Source: Candidatus Levyibacteriota bacterium
GTDB taxonomy: Bacteria; Patescibacteriota; Microgenomatia; Levybacterales; UBA12049
Direction of reading: 5' to 3'
Assembly (NCBI GenBank): GCA_016182425.1
Contig: JACPGP010000030.1
Coordinates: 11,738-75,737, forward strand
DNA: 64,000 nucleotides
Part shown: positions 21,513 to 31,685 of the stretch, piece after piece
Numbering within the stretch: position 1 is the stretch's first letter
Layout of the letters: every line of letters begins with the position of its first letter
Program-made: the position numbers and the translations under genes
The notes under the pieces: generated by a model
Told to the model about the DNA's origin: nothing
Databases searched by the model: none
What the model saw: only the letters and a program-made list of their open reading frames with translations

Positions 21513-22569
21513 ATGAAAGGGATCCTTTTAGGAGTTGTAGTTTTGGTTTTGGCCCTTGGTTTTGTTGTATTCAATAGCAATCTTAAAGAAGATAAAAAAT
21601 CAGCACCCGAAAATCCGGCTCCGACAAAAGCTCATGTACTATCTGCAACAAATAGCAAAGAAACAAAACTACTTTTTGTCCCATATTGGGGGCAGACGCA
21701 AGAGAGGATTCCAGACTCATTTGGGGAGGAGCTTGTTTATTTTGGTATTGCTCCAGGTAGTGATGGAATTGACAAAGAAGAACCAGGATACATGGGGTTG
21801 GCACGATTTGAGGCTATTTCAGAAGGGCGAGATACATTGTTAACACTTCGCATGATTGATCAGAATATGAGCTTCCCAATACTCAAAGACAAACCAAGAC
21901 AAAAAAAAAATAATTGACGAGTCAATTGCAATTGCAAAGCAATATAATTTTGAAGGAATAGTTTTGGATCTTGAAATTAGCAGTCTTCCTTTCGCCTCTG
22001 TTACTGAGCAGATGAATAGTTTTGTTGAGGAATTTTCTAAAGCAGCAAAAAAAGAAAATCTCACATTTTCCATGATGTTTTTCGGCGATACGTTTTTTAA
22101 ACTCCGGCCATACGATGTAACTGTATTACGGCAGTATCTAGATATTGTTTTTGTTATGGCATATGATTTTCATAAAGCAAATGCCAATCCAGGACCTAAT
22201 TTCCCTTTTCCTGATTTTACTCTTATGGTGCAAGATTTTTTAAATATCGTTCCCAAAGAAAAACTGGTGATTGTGTTTGGTATGTTTGGGTATGATTGGG
22301 AAATTGATGAACATAATAAATCTGTAGAACAAGCAAGGGCAGTAACACTAACTGTGGCAAAAAAGCAGTTTCTTGATCAATGCATTTTTCGAAACTGTAA
22401 AGTTTTAAGAGATGAAAAATCAAAGGAAACAACAGTGACGTATATTGATAAGAATGGAGACAAGCATATTGTCTGGTTTGAAGATGAAGAATCAGTAGCT
22501 AAAAAAACAGAATTTCTTAAAGAAAAAGGAATTAATAGTGTCGGCTTTTGGGCATACTCATACTTCTAA
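21513..22569 (+). pseudogene. Secreted GH18-family glycoside hydrolase split by a frameshift in an A10 run (ORFs 21513-21917 and 21964-22569)
   Basis: Removing one A at 21901-21910 gives KPRQKKIIDESIAIAKQYNFEGIVLDLE, continuing into VMAYDFH, FGYDW, VWFED, GFWA. Confidence 0.75.
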
Positions 22570-23286
22570 AACGTAGGGCGTTTTATGTTTATATTCATTT
22601 TCTTTGACTCTTTTGATCACTTTTTTGGCATTTATTAATTCTTTTTTAACTATTTCTTCAATAGGCAGTTTTTGCTCAAAATAATAATAAAGTACTTGGT
22701 CGGCTTCTTCATAGGTAAAGCCAAATTCTTCTTCATCAGTTTGGCCTTGCCATAGTCCTGCAGTTGGTGGTATATTGATAATTTCTTGCGGAACATTAAG
22801 ATATTTTGCAAGCTCATACACCTGCGTTTTATACAAGTGTTGTATTGGTTCAATATCAGATGCACTATCACCAAAACGAGTAAAATAGCCAAGGAGATGT
22901 TCGGACTTATTTTCTGTGCCAACCACCAGCGCTTTATTTTTTTTTGCCAAATCATATAAAAAGATCATTCGAACCCGTGCCATAATGTTTCCGATACGAA
23001 CATTGTCGTTTCGACTTACGCCAAGATTTTGTACACAAGCGTCAACAGCCTCTTTTATTGAAAGATCATAATTTTTTTTTGGAATGGCAACATAAGGTGA
23101 AAAATAGGCAAGAGAAATAGGAAAAATATTTTTTTCTGGGATAGCTCTTTTAAGAAGCAAAAAACTTACTGCTGAATCAATGCCGCCAGAAAGACCAATC
23201 ACGGCGTTTTTAATTTTTTGTTCTGCAAAAGTTTTTTTGAGAAAGGCTATAATTCGCTCTGTTTCTTTTTTAGGGTCGGTTTTCAT
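22558..23286 (-). CDS. nadE: NH3-dependent NAD+ synthetase
   Basis: GLSGGIDS, GNIMARVRM, GYFTRFGD, PTAGLWQGQTDE. Confidence 0.95.
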   Translation of the reverse strand: MKTDPKKETERIIAFLKKTFAEQKIKNAVIGLSGGIDSAVSFLLLKRAIPEKNIFPISLAYFSPYVAIPKKNYDLSIKEAVDACVQNLGVSRNDNVRIGNIMARVRMIFLYDLAKKNKALVVGTENKSEHLLGYFTRFGDSASDIEPIQHLYKTQVYELAKYLNVPQEIINIPPTAGLWQGQTDEEEFGFTYEEADQVLYYYFEQKLPIEEIVKKELINAKKVIKRVKENEYKHKTPYVLEV

Positions 23287-23849
23287 AGGTATAGTTTGTG
23301 TTTGGTAATATACGCCTCTACTTCTTTTGGCACAAGATGTGTGATAGGTAATTTCTTTTTTATTCTTTCGCGAATTATTGTTGAGGAGAGATTTGTTGTT
23401 ATAAGATCTTCTCCTGTAATTATCTCAAACCCTTTAGGAAGTTTTTTAGGTTTGGAAAATGGATCTCTGGGAAACACCAGAAATGTAGCTAGATTTGTTA
23501 AATTTTCTGTCTTTTCCCACCGAGAAAATTCCAAAAGTATATCACTCCCTACTATCCAATATATATCGTGATTAAACCTCTTTTTAATATCCCGGATGGT
23601 ATCAATGGCATAACTTACTCCTCCTCGCCTAAGTTCTGTATCAGAGACTTTCATGGAGTTATTTACAAAATATTTAAGCATCGAAAGTCTATCGGCACCT
23701 TTTGCTTCTATCGGCTTCCATTGGTGTTTATTTGCCGGAATAAACAAAACCTCTTTGATATCTGGTCTTTTTTCTAAAATTTGTTTGGCAACAAGCCAGT
23801 GCCCAATATGCGGAGGGTCAAACCTTCCCCCAAAAATAGCAATTCTCAT
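23283..23849 (-). CDS. nadD: Nicotinate-nucleotide adenylyltransferase
   Basis: GGRFDPPHIGH, WIVGSD, LSSTIIRE. Confidence 0.92.
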   Translation of the reverse strand: MRIAIFGGRFDPPHIGHWLVAKQILEKRPDIKEVLFIPANKHQWKPIEAKGADRLSMLKYFVNNSMKVSDTELRRGGVSYAIDTIRDIKKRFNHDIYWIVGSDILLEFSRWEKTENLTNLATFLVFPRDPFSKPKKLPKGFEIITGEDLITTNLSSTIIRERIKKKLPITHLVPKEVEAYITKHKLYL

Positions 23850-23956
23850 AAGTCTTAGTGGGGATTATATCATTTTGGGTATTGACGGGCAAAGAAAAAT
23901 ATTGTAAGATTGTGTCTAACCTCACAAACTGAGGTTTATTATTTTCTTGCAATTTT

Positions 23957-25144
23957 ATGGCAGACGTTAAAAAGTTTGAGCGAACAAAACCCCACGTTAA
24001 TATTGGCACCATTGGTCATGTAGATCATGGAAAGACTACTCTTACTGCCGCTATCTGTACTGTCTTGGCAAAGTCAGGAAAAGCCCAAGCAAAAAAATAC
24101 GAGGACATAGATAATGCTCCAGAGGAAAAAGCACGAGGCGTCACCATTAACATTTCTCACCTTGAGTACGAAACAGACAAGAGACACTATGCGCACATTG
24201 ACGCTCCGGGACATGCCGATTATATTAAAAATATGATTACAGGAGCCGCCCAAATGGATGGCGCGATTTTAGTGGTATCGGCGCCTGATGGCCCCATGCC
24301 GCAAACGCGAGAGCACATTCTTTTAGCTCGTCAGGTTGGTGTTCCGGCAATTGTGGTGTTTCTTAATAAAGTTGATATGGTGGAAGACGCAGAACTTTTG
24401 GATTTGGTCGAAATGGAAGTCAGAGAACTTTTAACAAAATATCAATACCCGGGTAATGAAATACCAATCATTCGCGGTTCGGCGCTCAAAGCGCTCAATG
24501 GCGACGCGGAAGCAGAAAAACAGATTCTGCAACTTATGGAAACAGTCGACAGCTATATTCCCACCCCTCAAAGAGATATTGATAAGCCGTTTCTGATGCC
24601 CATAGAAGATGTCTTTTCTATTAAAGGACGGGGAACAGTAGTAACAGGAAGAGCAGAGAGAGGAAAGGTAAAAGTTAACGATACGATTGAAATTATTGGT
24701 ATCAGAGACACCAAACCAACCGTAGTTACAGGCGTGGAGATGTTTAGAAAACAGCTTGACGAGGCGCAAGCAGGTGATAATGTGGGATTGCTTCTGCGAG
24801 GTATCGAAAAGGCAGATGTGGAAAGAGGACAGGTTATTGCCAAGCCGGGTAGCATTACTCCTCACAAAGAGTTTGAGGCAGAAGTTTATATCTTAACCAA
24901 AGAAGAAGGCGGCCGCCACACACCATTTTTTACCGGATACAGGCCGCAATTTTATATTCGAACGACCGACGTTACAGCAGAGGTAGCTTTGCCAAAAGGC
25001 GTGGAAATGGTAATGCCGGGAGACAGTACAAAAATGACAGTAAAACTGATTGTTCCTATTGCCCTGGAAGAGGGACTTAGATTTGCGGTTAGAGAGGGCG
25101 GAAAGACAGTTGGAGCAGGAGTTATTAGCAAAATCATTGCTTAA
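23957..25144 (+). CDS. tuf: Elongation factor Tu
   Basis: [22 protein letters not shown]; own promoter TTGACG-17 nt-TAAGAT. Confidence 0.99.
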   Translation: MADVKKFERTKPHVNIGTIGHVDHGKTTLTAAICTVLAKSGKAQAKKYEDIDNAPEEKARGVTINISHLEYETDKRHYAHIDAPGHADYIKNMITGAAQMDGAILVVSAPDGPMPQTREHILLARQVGVPAIVVFLNKVDMVEDAELLDLVEMEVRELLTKYQYPGNEIPIIRGSALKALNGDAEAEKQILQLMETVDSYIPTPQRDIDKPFLMPIEDVFSIKGRGTVVTGRAERGKVKVNDTIEIIGIRDTKPTVVTGVEMFRKQLDEAQAGDNVGLLLRGIEKADVERGQVIAKPGSITPHKEFEAEVYILTKEEGGRHTPFFTGYRPQFYIRTTDVTAEVALPKGVEMVMPGDSTKMTVKLIVPIALEEGLRFAVREGGKTVGAGVISKIIA

Positions 25145-25161
25145 GGTACATTAAAACCATA

Positions 25162-25470
25162 ATGCCAAGAGGAAGAATTAGAGTACGTTTAAAAAGCTAC
25201 GATGCTAGGGTTATCGACAACTGCTGTCAGCAGATTTTAGATACTGCTATCCGAACTGGCGCAAAGGTTGTTGGTCCAATTCCTCTACCAACAGAAAGAA
25301 GTGTCTACGCCATTAACAAATCTCCATTTATTGATAAAGATGCAAGGGATCACTTTGAAATTCGAGTGCACAAACGACTGATAGATATTATTTCCCCAAC
25401 CGATCGAACCATAGACCAATTAACCCACCTCGAACTACCCGCAGGTGTGGATGTGACAATTAAAATGTAA
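25162..25470 (+). CDS. rpsJ: 30S protein S10
   Basis: IRVRLKSYD, GPIPLPT, HKRLIDI. Confidence 0.98.
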   Translation: MPRGRIRVRLKSYDARVIDNCCQQILDTAIRTGAKVVGPIPLPTERSVYAINKSPFIDKDARDHFEIRVHKRLIDIISPTDRTIDQLTHLELPAGVDVTIKM

Positions 25471-25480
25471 AAATCGAAAT

Positions 25481-25906
25481 TCAATACTCAAGCGTAACTA
25501 TGTGGTCTTTTTCTCGAAACGTTATTCGCTCAAAATATTTAAAAAATCCTTCTCTACCAAGTAATGGAAATTGCTGTTCGTAACTAAAATCAGCTTCGGT
25601 TTCGAAATGGTAAACTCCGATATAAAGTTTCACTTTGTGCCGATATGCTTTTATGTCTTTTTTGCCTATGCCGTAATGTGTTACTTCTTTTCCTGATTTT
25701 ATTTTTAATCTAACCATTTCTCCCCATTCCGCAGGAAATAAATTCTTGTCTGCACCTGAATCAAGTAAGCAATTCACAGGAAATTTACTAAATATATGCT
25801 TATTACATAATCGTGTGGGAATAAGTGGTCGATAGATGTAATTTACTTTTCCAGTTTCTTGGTTTATGAAAACCTCGGGAGTATAGCTAAATTTAATTAC
25901 AGGCAT
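25481..25906 (-). CDS. Retropepsin-like aspartyl protease (second copy)
   Basis: LLDSGAD, GIG flap, LLGREGFF. Confidence 0.85.
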   Translation of the reverse strand: MPVIKFSYTPEVFINQETGKVNYIYRPLIPTRLCNKHIFSKFPVNCLLDSGADKNLFPAEWGEMVRLKIKSGKEVTHYGIGKKDIKAYRHKVKLYIGVYHFETEADFSYEQQFPLLGREGFFKYFERITFREKDHIVTLEY

Positions 25907-26097
25907 AAAAGGGGCGAGAGGTACTTGTTTGCAGGTGGAACGAAAGAAATTATTGCATCCTTAACACGCAATTTAGTTAATTTGTTTTCGATCTCTTTTA
26001 TTGACTTGCCCGATGTAAGAATAGCTTTTTTATTACTAGATATTGCTATCCATTTATTTTGATTTTTCAAGAGATTTTTTGAATCAATTTTATTCAT
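25897..26097 (-). CDS. Small DUF5678-like protein (second copy)
   Basis: NKWIAIS...ILTSGKSIKE...FVP pattern; 10-nt overlap with the protease; TGCTATAAT 6 nt upstream. Confidence 0.7.
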   Translation of the reverse strand: MNKIDSKNLLKNQNKWIAISSNKKAILTSGKSIKEIENKLTKLRVKDAIISFVPPANKYLSPLLCL

Positions 26098-26146
26098 ATG
26101 TATATTATAGCATACTATTTTTCCAGACTCCGCATGAAAAGCTATT

Positions 26147-26317
26147 TTATTGTGGTTTGAATAGAAAGGGACTAATTAAAAAAAGTACAAGAAGAAAAAA
26201 CGCTACTATTATGGTTGCCCAGTCGTGAGCTTTGGAAAAATAAAAACCAATAACTAGGGTAATAAATCCTGAAAAAAGGAAATAGAATTTATTTTGGATA
26301 ATTGATTTAATAAACAC
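26147..26317 (-). CDS. Two-TM micro-protein, 56 aa, not in the ORF track
   Basis: GTG start 9 nt after TGCTATACT; MFIKSIIQNKFYFLFSGFITLVIGFYFSKAHDWATIIVAFFLLVLFLISPFLFKPQ. Confidence 0.55.
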   Translation of the reverse strand: MFIKSIIQNKFYFLFSGFITLVIGFYFSKAHDWATIIVAFFLLVLFLISPFLFKPQ

Positions 26318-26394
26318 TGTAATTGCAGTATAGCATATTGATCAATTTCTTGGGAATAGAAGTTATCCTTAACAGTTTTTACCCAACCCCCGTA

Positions 26395-26537
26395 TTGCAT
26401 TTCAGGCCATCTTTCTATATAATAAGAAAACTAAATCATGACATACCGATTGGAGGTTGATTTGGCTACATAGCGTATTCGTTTTAGGGTGTTTCCTAGA
26501 AGGAGCGACTGTATGTAGTCGCTTTTTTGGTTTTTAT
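26395..26537 (+). promoter_or_regulatory. rplC promoter and structured 5' leader with terminator/antiterminator
   Basis: TTGCAT-17 nt-TATAAT (26395-26423); terminator GGAGCGACT/AGTCGCTTT + T run; competing GGCTACATA/TATGTAGTC pairing. Confidence 0.7.
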
Positions 26538-27182
26538 ATGCAAGCATTTATTGGACAAAAACAAGATCAATCACAGGCATTTTTGGAAGATGGGGCGAGG
26601 ATTCCAATTACTCGAATTTCGGCTCCCACACTTCCTGTGGTGGCAATTAAAACCAAGGAAAAAGATGGCTACTTTGCAATGCAACTTGGTCTTGGTATTA
26701 GAAAGCGAGAGGCAAAAGGAGAAAAAGCCCCTCGCTTTTTTCGTGAAGTTCGTGTTGCTGAGACAGAGGTAAAGCAACCAGGAGAAATGATAAACGCAAC
26801 AGATGTCTTTAAAATAGGAGATATTGTTGATGTTTCTGGTGTTTCTAAAGGGAAAGGATTTGCGGGGGTGGTAAAGCGCCACCATTTTAAAGGGGGGCCA
26901 AGGACCCATGGACAATCAGATAGAGAACGAGCTCCTGGTAGTATTGGACAAACGACCACCCCTGGACGTGTATACAAGGGAAAAAGAATGGCAGGAAGAA
27001 TGGGAGGAAAAAGCGCCACGGTCAGAAACTTAGAGGTGGTCGAAGTAACAGAGAACTCAGTTTTGGTAAAAGGACTTATTCCAGGAAATAAAGATAGTGT
27101 TGTCGTTATTAAAAAAGTTGGAGAAAAGAAGAAATTCGTACCGCTGTACAAAGAGGAGGTAAAAGAAGATGCCAGTAAGTAA
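26538..27182 (+). CDS. rplC: 50S protein L3
   Basis: SKGKGFAGVVKRH, HGQS...PGSIG, KGKRMAGRMG; ATG at 26538. Confidence 0.98.
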   Translation: MQAFIGQKQDQSQAFLEDGARIPITRISAPTLPVVAIKTKEKDGYFAMQLGLGIRKREAKGEKAPRFFREVRVAETEVKQPGEMINATDVFKIGDIVDVSGVSKGKGFAGVVKRHHFKGGPRTHGQSDRERAPGSIGQTTTPGRVYKGKRMAGRMGGKSATVRNLEVVEVTENSVLVKGLIPGNKDSVVVIKKVGEKKKFVPLYKEEVKEDASK

Positions 27183-27849
27183 AGTCAAAAAATCCACCTT
27201 TGCAATAGATGTTTTTGACACAAAAGGGAAAGTGAAAGAGCAGATGAGCTTACCTAAAGAAATATTTGGTGTGGAGGTTAATAAAAAGCTTTTGGCCCAA
27301 GCAGTAAGAGTGTACCTGGCAAATCAGAGGAGTGGCGCCGCGTCAACAAAAACAAGAGGCGAAGTGACAGGGTCTACTCGAAAAATTTATCGGCAAAAAG
27401 GAACCGGACGAGCACGGCACGGTGGAATTAGAGCGCCAATTTTTGTCCATGGAGGCATTGCGCATGGTCCAAAACCCAAAGACCACTCGCTTAAATTTCC
27501 CCAAAAAATGAAAAAGCTCGCTCTCTTTTCGGCTTTATCTTTCGCGTACCAAAAGGGAGGATTAAAAATTGTTTCGGGCCTAGAGAAACTTCCTCCCAAA
27601 ACAAAATCTATGGTAGAGGTGCTTACAAGATTGTCGCTTTTTGCTCCCAAAAAAGGATTACAAAACAACATTTTACTGGTAGATACGAAAGAAAACAAAA
27701 ATGTTTCGCGGGCTGCGCGAAACATTTACGGTATGACAATTACCAAAGCCACGCAGTTAAATACATACGAAGTGTTGCGCCACCGCACGCTTCTTTTTGC
27801 CAAGGACACAATAAATATATTAGCAGGACAATATCTTAAAAAGGAGTAA
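27169..27849 (+). CDS. rplD: 50S protein L4
   Basis: TKTRGEVTGSTRKIYRQKGTGRARHG. Confidence 0.98.
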   Translation: MPVSKVKKSTFAIDVFDTKGKVKEQMSLPKEIFGVEVNKKLLAQAVRVYLANQRSGAASTKTRGEVTGSTRKIYRQKGTGRARHGGIRAPIFVHGGIAHGPKPKDHSLKFPQKMKKLALFSALSFAYQKGGLKIVSGLEKLPPKTKSMVEVLTRLSLFAPKKGLQNNILLVDTKENKNVSRAARNIYGMTITKATQLNTYEVLRHRTLLFAKDTINILAGQYLKKE

Positions 27850-27855
27850 TAGGGT

Positions 27856-28161
27856 ATGGTAAAAGGAGAGAATAGTATTATAAGACCAATTATTACCGAG
27901 AGATCTATGCAAGACGCCAACACAGGAAAATTTACCTTTGCAGTAAACAGAGACTCTGACAAAAAACAAATAGGACAGGCAGTTGAGAAACAATTTGATG
28001 TCCACGTGGTTTCTGTTGCCACAAGTATTGTCAAGGGCAGGAGTAAACGAGCAGGAAAGCAGCGAGGCATAGTGAAGGAATCTCCTTGGAAAAAGGCAGT
28101 AGTAAAGGTAGCAAAGGGAGAGAAAATTGCTGTATTTGATATAGGAGGAGATAAAAAGTGA
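27856..28161 (+). CDS. rplW: 50S protein L23
   Basis: RPIITERS, WKKAVV; synteny. Confidence 0.95.
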   Translation: MVKGENSIIRPIITERSMQDANTGKFTFAVNRDSDKKQIGQAVEKQFDVHVVSVATSIVKGRSKRAGKQRGIVKESPWKKAVVKVAKGEKIAVFDIGGDKK

Positions 28162-28895
28162 AATTGAAAGTTATTAAAAAGAAACATTCAGGCAGAAACG
28201 CCAGCGGCAAGGTTACTGTCAGACACCAGGGTGGATTCCACAAACGATATCTTCGCGCGATCGATTTTAAGCGAAACAAGCAGGGCATTTTGGGTAAGGT
28301 TATTTCCTTGGAATACGATCCAAATAGAACCTGCGATATCGCCCTTTTGCAGTACGCAGATGGCGAGAAACGCTACATTCTAAAACCAGAGGGACTCAAA
28401 CTGGGAGATACGGTTATGGCCTCTTCTGACGCCGAAGTTAAGGTGGGAAACGCGCTGCCCATGGACGTTTTGCCTATTGGGACTATTATTCATAATGTCG
28501 AGTTAATACCAGGCAGAGGTGGTCAGATGGCCAGATCAGCGGGGACAGGAGCTATTATTCAAGCAAAAGAAGGAGGATTTGTACATCTTAAACTACCCTC
28601 CGGCGAAATCCGAAAAGTAAACGCCCGCGCCCTGGCTACAATAGGACAGCTTGGTAATATAGAGTGGAAAAATGAGGTGTTGGGAAAAGCGGGGAGAGCA
28701 AGAAACATGGGCAGACGTCCCACGGTTAGGGGTGTAGCGCAAAACCCGAGGTCTCACGCTCATGGCGGGGGAGAAGGAAGATCGGGTATTGGAATGACCA
28801 CGCCCAAAACCTACGTCGGAAGACGTGCGGTTGGAAAAACAAGAAAGAAACATAAATATTCCAATAAATATATTTTGCAAAGGAGGAAGAAATAA
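28158..28895 (+). CDS. rplB: 50S protein L2 (short N-terminus)
   Basis: [28 protein letters not shown]. Confidence 0.98.
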   Translation: MKLKVIKKKHSGRNASGKVTVRHQGGFHKRYLRAIDFKRNKQGILGKVISLEYDPNRTCDIALLQYADGEKRYILKPEGLKLGDTVMASSDAEVKVGNALPMDVLPIGTIIHNVELIPGRGGQMARSAGTGAIIQAKEGGFVHLKLPSGEIRKVNARALATIGQLGNIEWKNEVLGKAGRARNMGRRPTVRGVAQNPRSHAHGGGEGRSGIGMTTPKTYVGRRAVGKTRKKHKYSNKYILQRRKK

Positions 28896-29179
28896 TGTCA
28901 AGAAGTACAAAGAAAGGTCCGTATATTGATCCGAAATTACTCAAAAAAGTTATGCGGCAAAAACAAAACGGTGATAGAGCAGCAATTAAAACTTGGTCTC
29001 GTGCTTGTCAAATTCCGCCGGAATTTGTTGGACACACGTTTTTGGTCCATAATGGGAAAACATTTATTAATGTTTTTATTACCGAGGCAATGGTTGGTTA
29101 CAGATTGGGTGAGTTTTCGTCAACTCGGACGTTTCGATCGCACGGAAGAGTAGTAGCTCGGGAAATCTCAAAGACATAA
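28895..29179 (+). CDS. rpsS: 30S protein S19
   Basis: [22 protein letters not shown]. Confidence 0.98.
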   Translation: MSRSTKKGPYIDPKLLKKVMRQKQNGDRAAIKTWSRACQIPPEFVGHTFLVHNGKTFINVFITEAMVGYRLGEFSSTRTFRSHGRVVAREISKT

Positions 29180-29182
29180 CAT

Positions 29183-29530
29183 ATGGAAATAAAAGCAGAA
29201 AGTCATAATGTTCGAATAAGTCCAAGAAAAGTGAGGCTTATTGCGGATGCCATTCGTGAGCATTCGGTACAAGAAGCATTACGCATTCTTTCGGTTTTGT
29301 ATAAAAGAGCGGGAGGAGCGCTTCAGAAAACATTAAAAAGCGCTATTGCAAATGCGGTAAATAACAAAAAGCTAAAAGAAGAGAATTTACGGATTAAAAG
29401 CATTGAGATAGGAGGAGGAATGGCATTAAAACGCTATCACCCATCAACTCGAGGAAGAATGCATCCATATAAAAAACGAGCAAGCCATATAAAAGTTATA
29501 TTAGAGGAGGTACATGGGACAAAAAATTAA
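29183..29530 (+). CDS. rplV: 50S protein L22
   Basis: RISPRKVRL, SAIANA. Confidence 0.97.
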   Translation: MEIKAESHNVRISPRKVRLIADAIREHSVQEALRILSVLYKRAGGALQKTLKSAIANAVNNKKLKEENLRIKSIEIGGGMALKRYHPSTRGRMHPYKKRASHIKVILEEVHGTKN

Positions 29531-30161
29531 TCCACAGGTATTACGAATTGGTCCAATCTATGACTGGGTAAGTCATTGGTTTGAAAAGAAACGGTACAAG
29601 AATATTTTACTTGAGGATTACATTATTAGAAAAAAGTTGATGGCGCGTTTAAGAAGCGCGGGGGTTGCCAAGATAGAAATAGACCGCTCAATCAACAGCA
29701 TAAAAATTACGGCATTTGTGTCAAAACCAGGTATGGTAATTGGCAGGGCCGGAACAGGACTTGAGGAGCTGAAGAAGTTCTTGTTAAGCATTATGAAATC
29801 ATTTGCCAAGACAAAGAATTTATCCAAGCTAGATATCAGAATTGAGCCGGTCAAGGAGCCGAATCTTGACGCGTTTCTAATCGCAAATACGATCGCGGAC
29901 CAGCTCGTCAGGCGTCTTTCCTACAAACGGGTAATGCTTCAGGCAGCAGAAAAGGTGATGAGTTCGGGAGCAAAAGGAGTTAGAATTATTTTATCGGGAA
30001 GAATCGCAGGAGCAGAAATTAGCAGGCGAGAAAAGATTCAACGGGGAACAGTGCCGCTTTCAACAATCAGAGAGCATATATATTTTGCCAGCGTCCCCGC
30101 GCTTACCAAAAAAGGATACATAGGAGTTAAGGTGTGGATTAATAGACCGGAGGGGAAATAA
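29514..30161 (+). CDS. rpsC: 30S protein S3
   Basis: [29 protein letters not shown]. Confidence 0.98.
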   Translation: MGQKINPQVLRIGPIYDWVSHWFEKKRYKNILLEDYIIRKKLMARLRSAGVAKIEIDRSINSIKITAFVSKPGMVIGRAGTGLEELKKFLLSIMKSFAKTKNLSKLDIRIEPVKEPNLDAFLIANTIADQLVRRLSYKRVMLQAAEKVMSSGAKGVRIILSGRIAGAEISRREKIQRGTVPLSTIREHIYFASVPALTKKGYIGVKVWINRPEGK

Positions 30162-30162
30162 T

Positions 30163-30567
30163 ATGTTAGTTCCAAAGAGAGCAAAGTATCGTAAAGCTCA
30201 CAGGGGGAGAATGAGAGGCAATGCCCATTCTGGCACAGATATTTCTTTTGGCGAATATGGGCTGTTGTCATCCGAAAGAGCCTGGGTAACGAGTCGACAG
30301 ATAGAAGCAGCCAGGCGCGCCATAACTCATTATACTCAGCGGGGAGGAAGGGTATGGATTCGCATTTTCCCAGATAAACCAATCACCAAAAAGCCCGCGG
30401 AAACCAGAATGGGGAGCGGAAAGGGTGATGTATATGAGTATGTCGCGGTGGTAAAACCAGGCAGAGTCATCTTTGAGATGGGTGGAGTAACAAAAGATAT
30501 TGCTTTTGCAGCACTGCGGCTGGCTTCGCACAAGTTGCCTGTCAAAGCGAAAATAATTGAAAAATAA
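30163..30567 (+). CDS. rplP: 50S protein L16
   Basis: [20 protein letters not shown]. Confidence 0.98.
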   Translation: MLVPKRAKYRKAHRGRMRGNAHSGTDISFGEYGLLSSERAWVTSRQIEAARRAITHYTQRGGRVWIRIFPDKPITKKPAETRMGSGKGDVYEYVAVVKPGRVIFEMGGVTKDIAFAALRLASHKLPVKAKIIEK

Positions 30568-30571
30568 AAAT

Positions 30572-30781
30572 ATGAAAATAAAAGAAAAAAAAGAATTACA
30601 CCATAAAACAGCAGTAGAATTAAAGGCGCTTATTTCTCAGGCGAAAGACGAACTAGCCATACTTAAGATGTCTAAAAAGCGAGGAAAAATAAAAAACACG
30701 AGTGCACTTTTACACAAAAGAAAAGATATTGCTAGAATGTATAGTATTTTGCGAGAAAGGCAGCTTGATGAAAACGCTTAA
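30572..30781 (+). CDS. rpmC: 50S protein L29
   Basis: [11 protein letters not shown]; synteny. Confidence 0.9.
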   Translation: MKIKEKKELHHKTAVELKALISQAKDELAILKMSKKRGKIKNTSALLHKRKDIARMYSILRERQLDENA

Positions 30782-30998
30782 AGGCATTGTGTTATCAAAA
30801 AACATGGAGAAAACAGCAGTCGTTGTTGTTGAGCAGATAAAGATTCACTCCTTATACAAGAAGCGGTTTAAAAGACACCAGAAATATAAGGTAGATACGG
30901 GGGAGATGTCTGTTTCGGTGGGCGATACCGTGCGCATTACTGAGACAAAGCCAATTTCAAAAGAAAAACATTTTAGGATAATGGAGGTTTTAAAATAA
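30768..30998 (+). CDS. rpsQ: 30S protein S17
   Basis: MEKTAVV, HSLYKK, ETKPISK. Confidence 0.95.
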   Translation: MKTLKGIVLSKNMEKTAVVVVEQIKIHSLYKKRFKRHQKYKVDTGEMSVSVGDTVRITETKPISKEKHFRIMEVLK

Positions 30999-31001
30999 TC
31001 T

Positions 31002-31376
31002 ATGGTTCAGCATAAAACAGTATTGAAGGTTGCAGATAACTGTGGAGCAAAATCGCTTATTGTAATACATATCTTCGGCGGATCGAAACGCAAGTTTGGT
31101 TACCTGGGAGACGTCCTCAATTGCGTGGTAAGGGAGGCATCTCCCATCGGTCAAGTGAAAGACGCAGAGATAGTAAAAGTAGTGTTGGTTCGTACTAAAA
31201 AGGAGCATCAGCGTCCTGACGGTTCGTACATACGATTTTCTGATAACGCTGGGGTAGTGATTGATAATCCAAAAGATAAAAATCCCAAAGGAACCAGAAT
31301 TTTTGGACCGATCGCCCGCGAAGTAAAAAACAAAGGATTCACAAAAATTGCCAGCATGGCAACAGAAGTCGTATAG
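31002..31376 (+). CDS. rplN: 50S protein L14
   Basis: VADNCGAK, DGSYIRFSDN, GTRIFGP. Confidence 0.98.
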   Translation: MVQHKTVLKVADNCGAKSLIVIHIFGGSKRKFGYLGDVLNCVVREASPIGQVKDAEIVKVVLVRTKKEHQRPDGSYIRFSDNAGVVIDNPKDKNPKGTRIFGPIAREVKNKGFTKIASMATEVV

Positions 31377-31379
31377 CGT

Positions 31380-31685
31380 ATGAAACTAAAAAAAGGAGAC
31401 GAGGTAAAAGTTGTTATGGGTAAAGATAAAGGAAAAACGGGAAAGGTAGAGAAGGTTTTTCCAGATAAGCAGAGAGTGTTGGTTTCGGGTGTCAATCAGT
31501 ATAAAAGGCACTTGAAAGCACGTTCGCAGAAACAGCCGTCAGAAATTGTTACAATCACAAAGCCGCTGGCGGTGGCAAATGTGATGAGAATCTGCCCTAA
31601 ATGCCATTTGGGGAGCAGGATTTTTTACCAAACTATAGAAGAGAAGAAAGAAAGGATGTGTCAAAAATGCCAAAAAGCGATATAA
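31380..31685 (+). CDS. rplX: 50S protein L24
   Basis: [16 protein letters not shown] (KOW motif); C-terminal CxxC...CxxC. Confidence 0.97.
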   Translation: MKLKKGDEVKVVMGKDKGKTGKVEKVFPDKQRVLVSGVNQYKRHLKARSQKQPSEIVTITKPLAVANVMRICPKCHLGSRIFYQTIEEKKERMCQKCQKAI

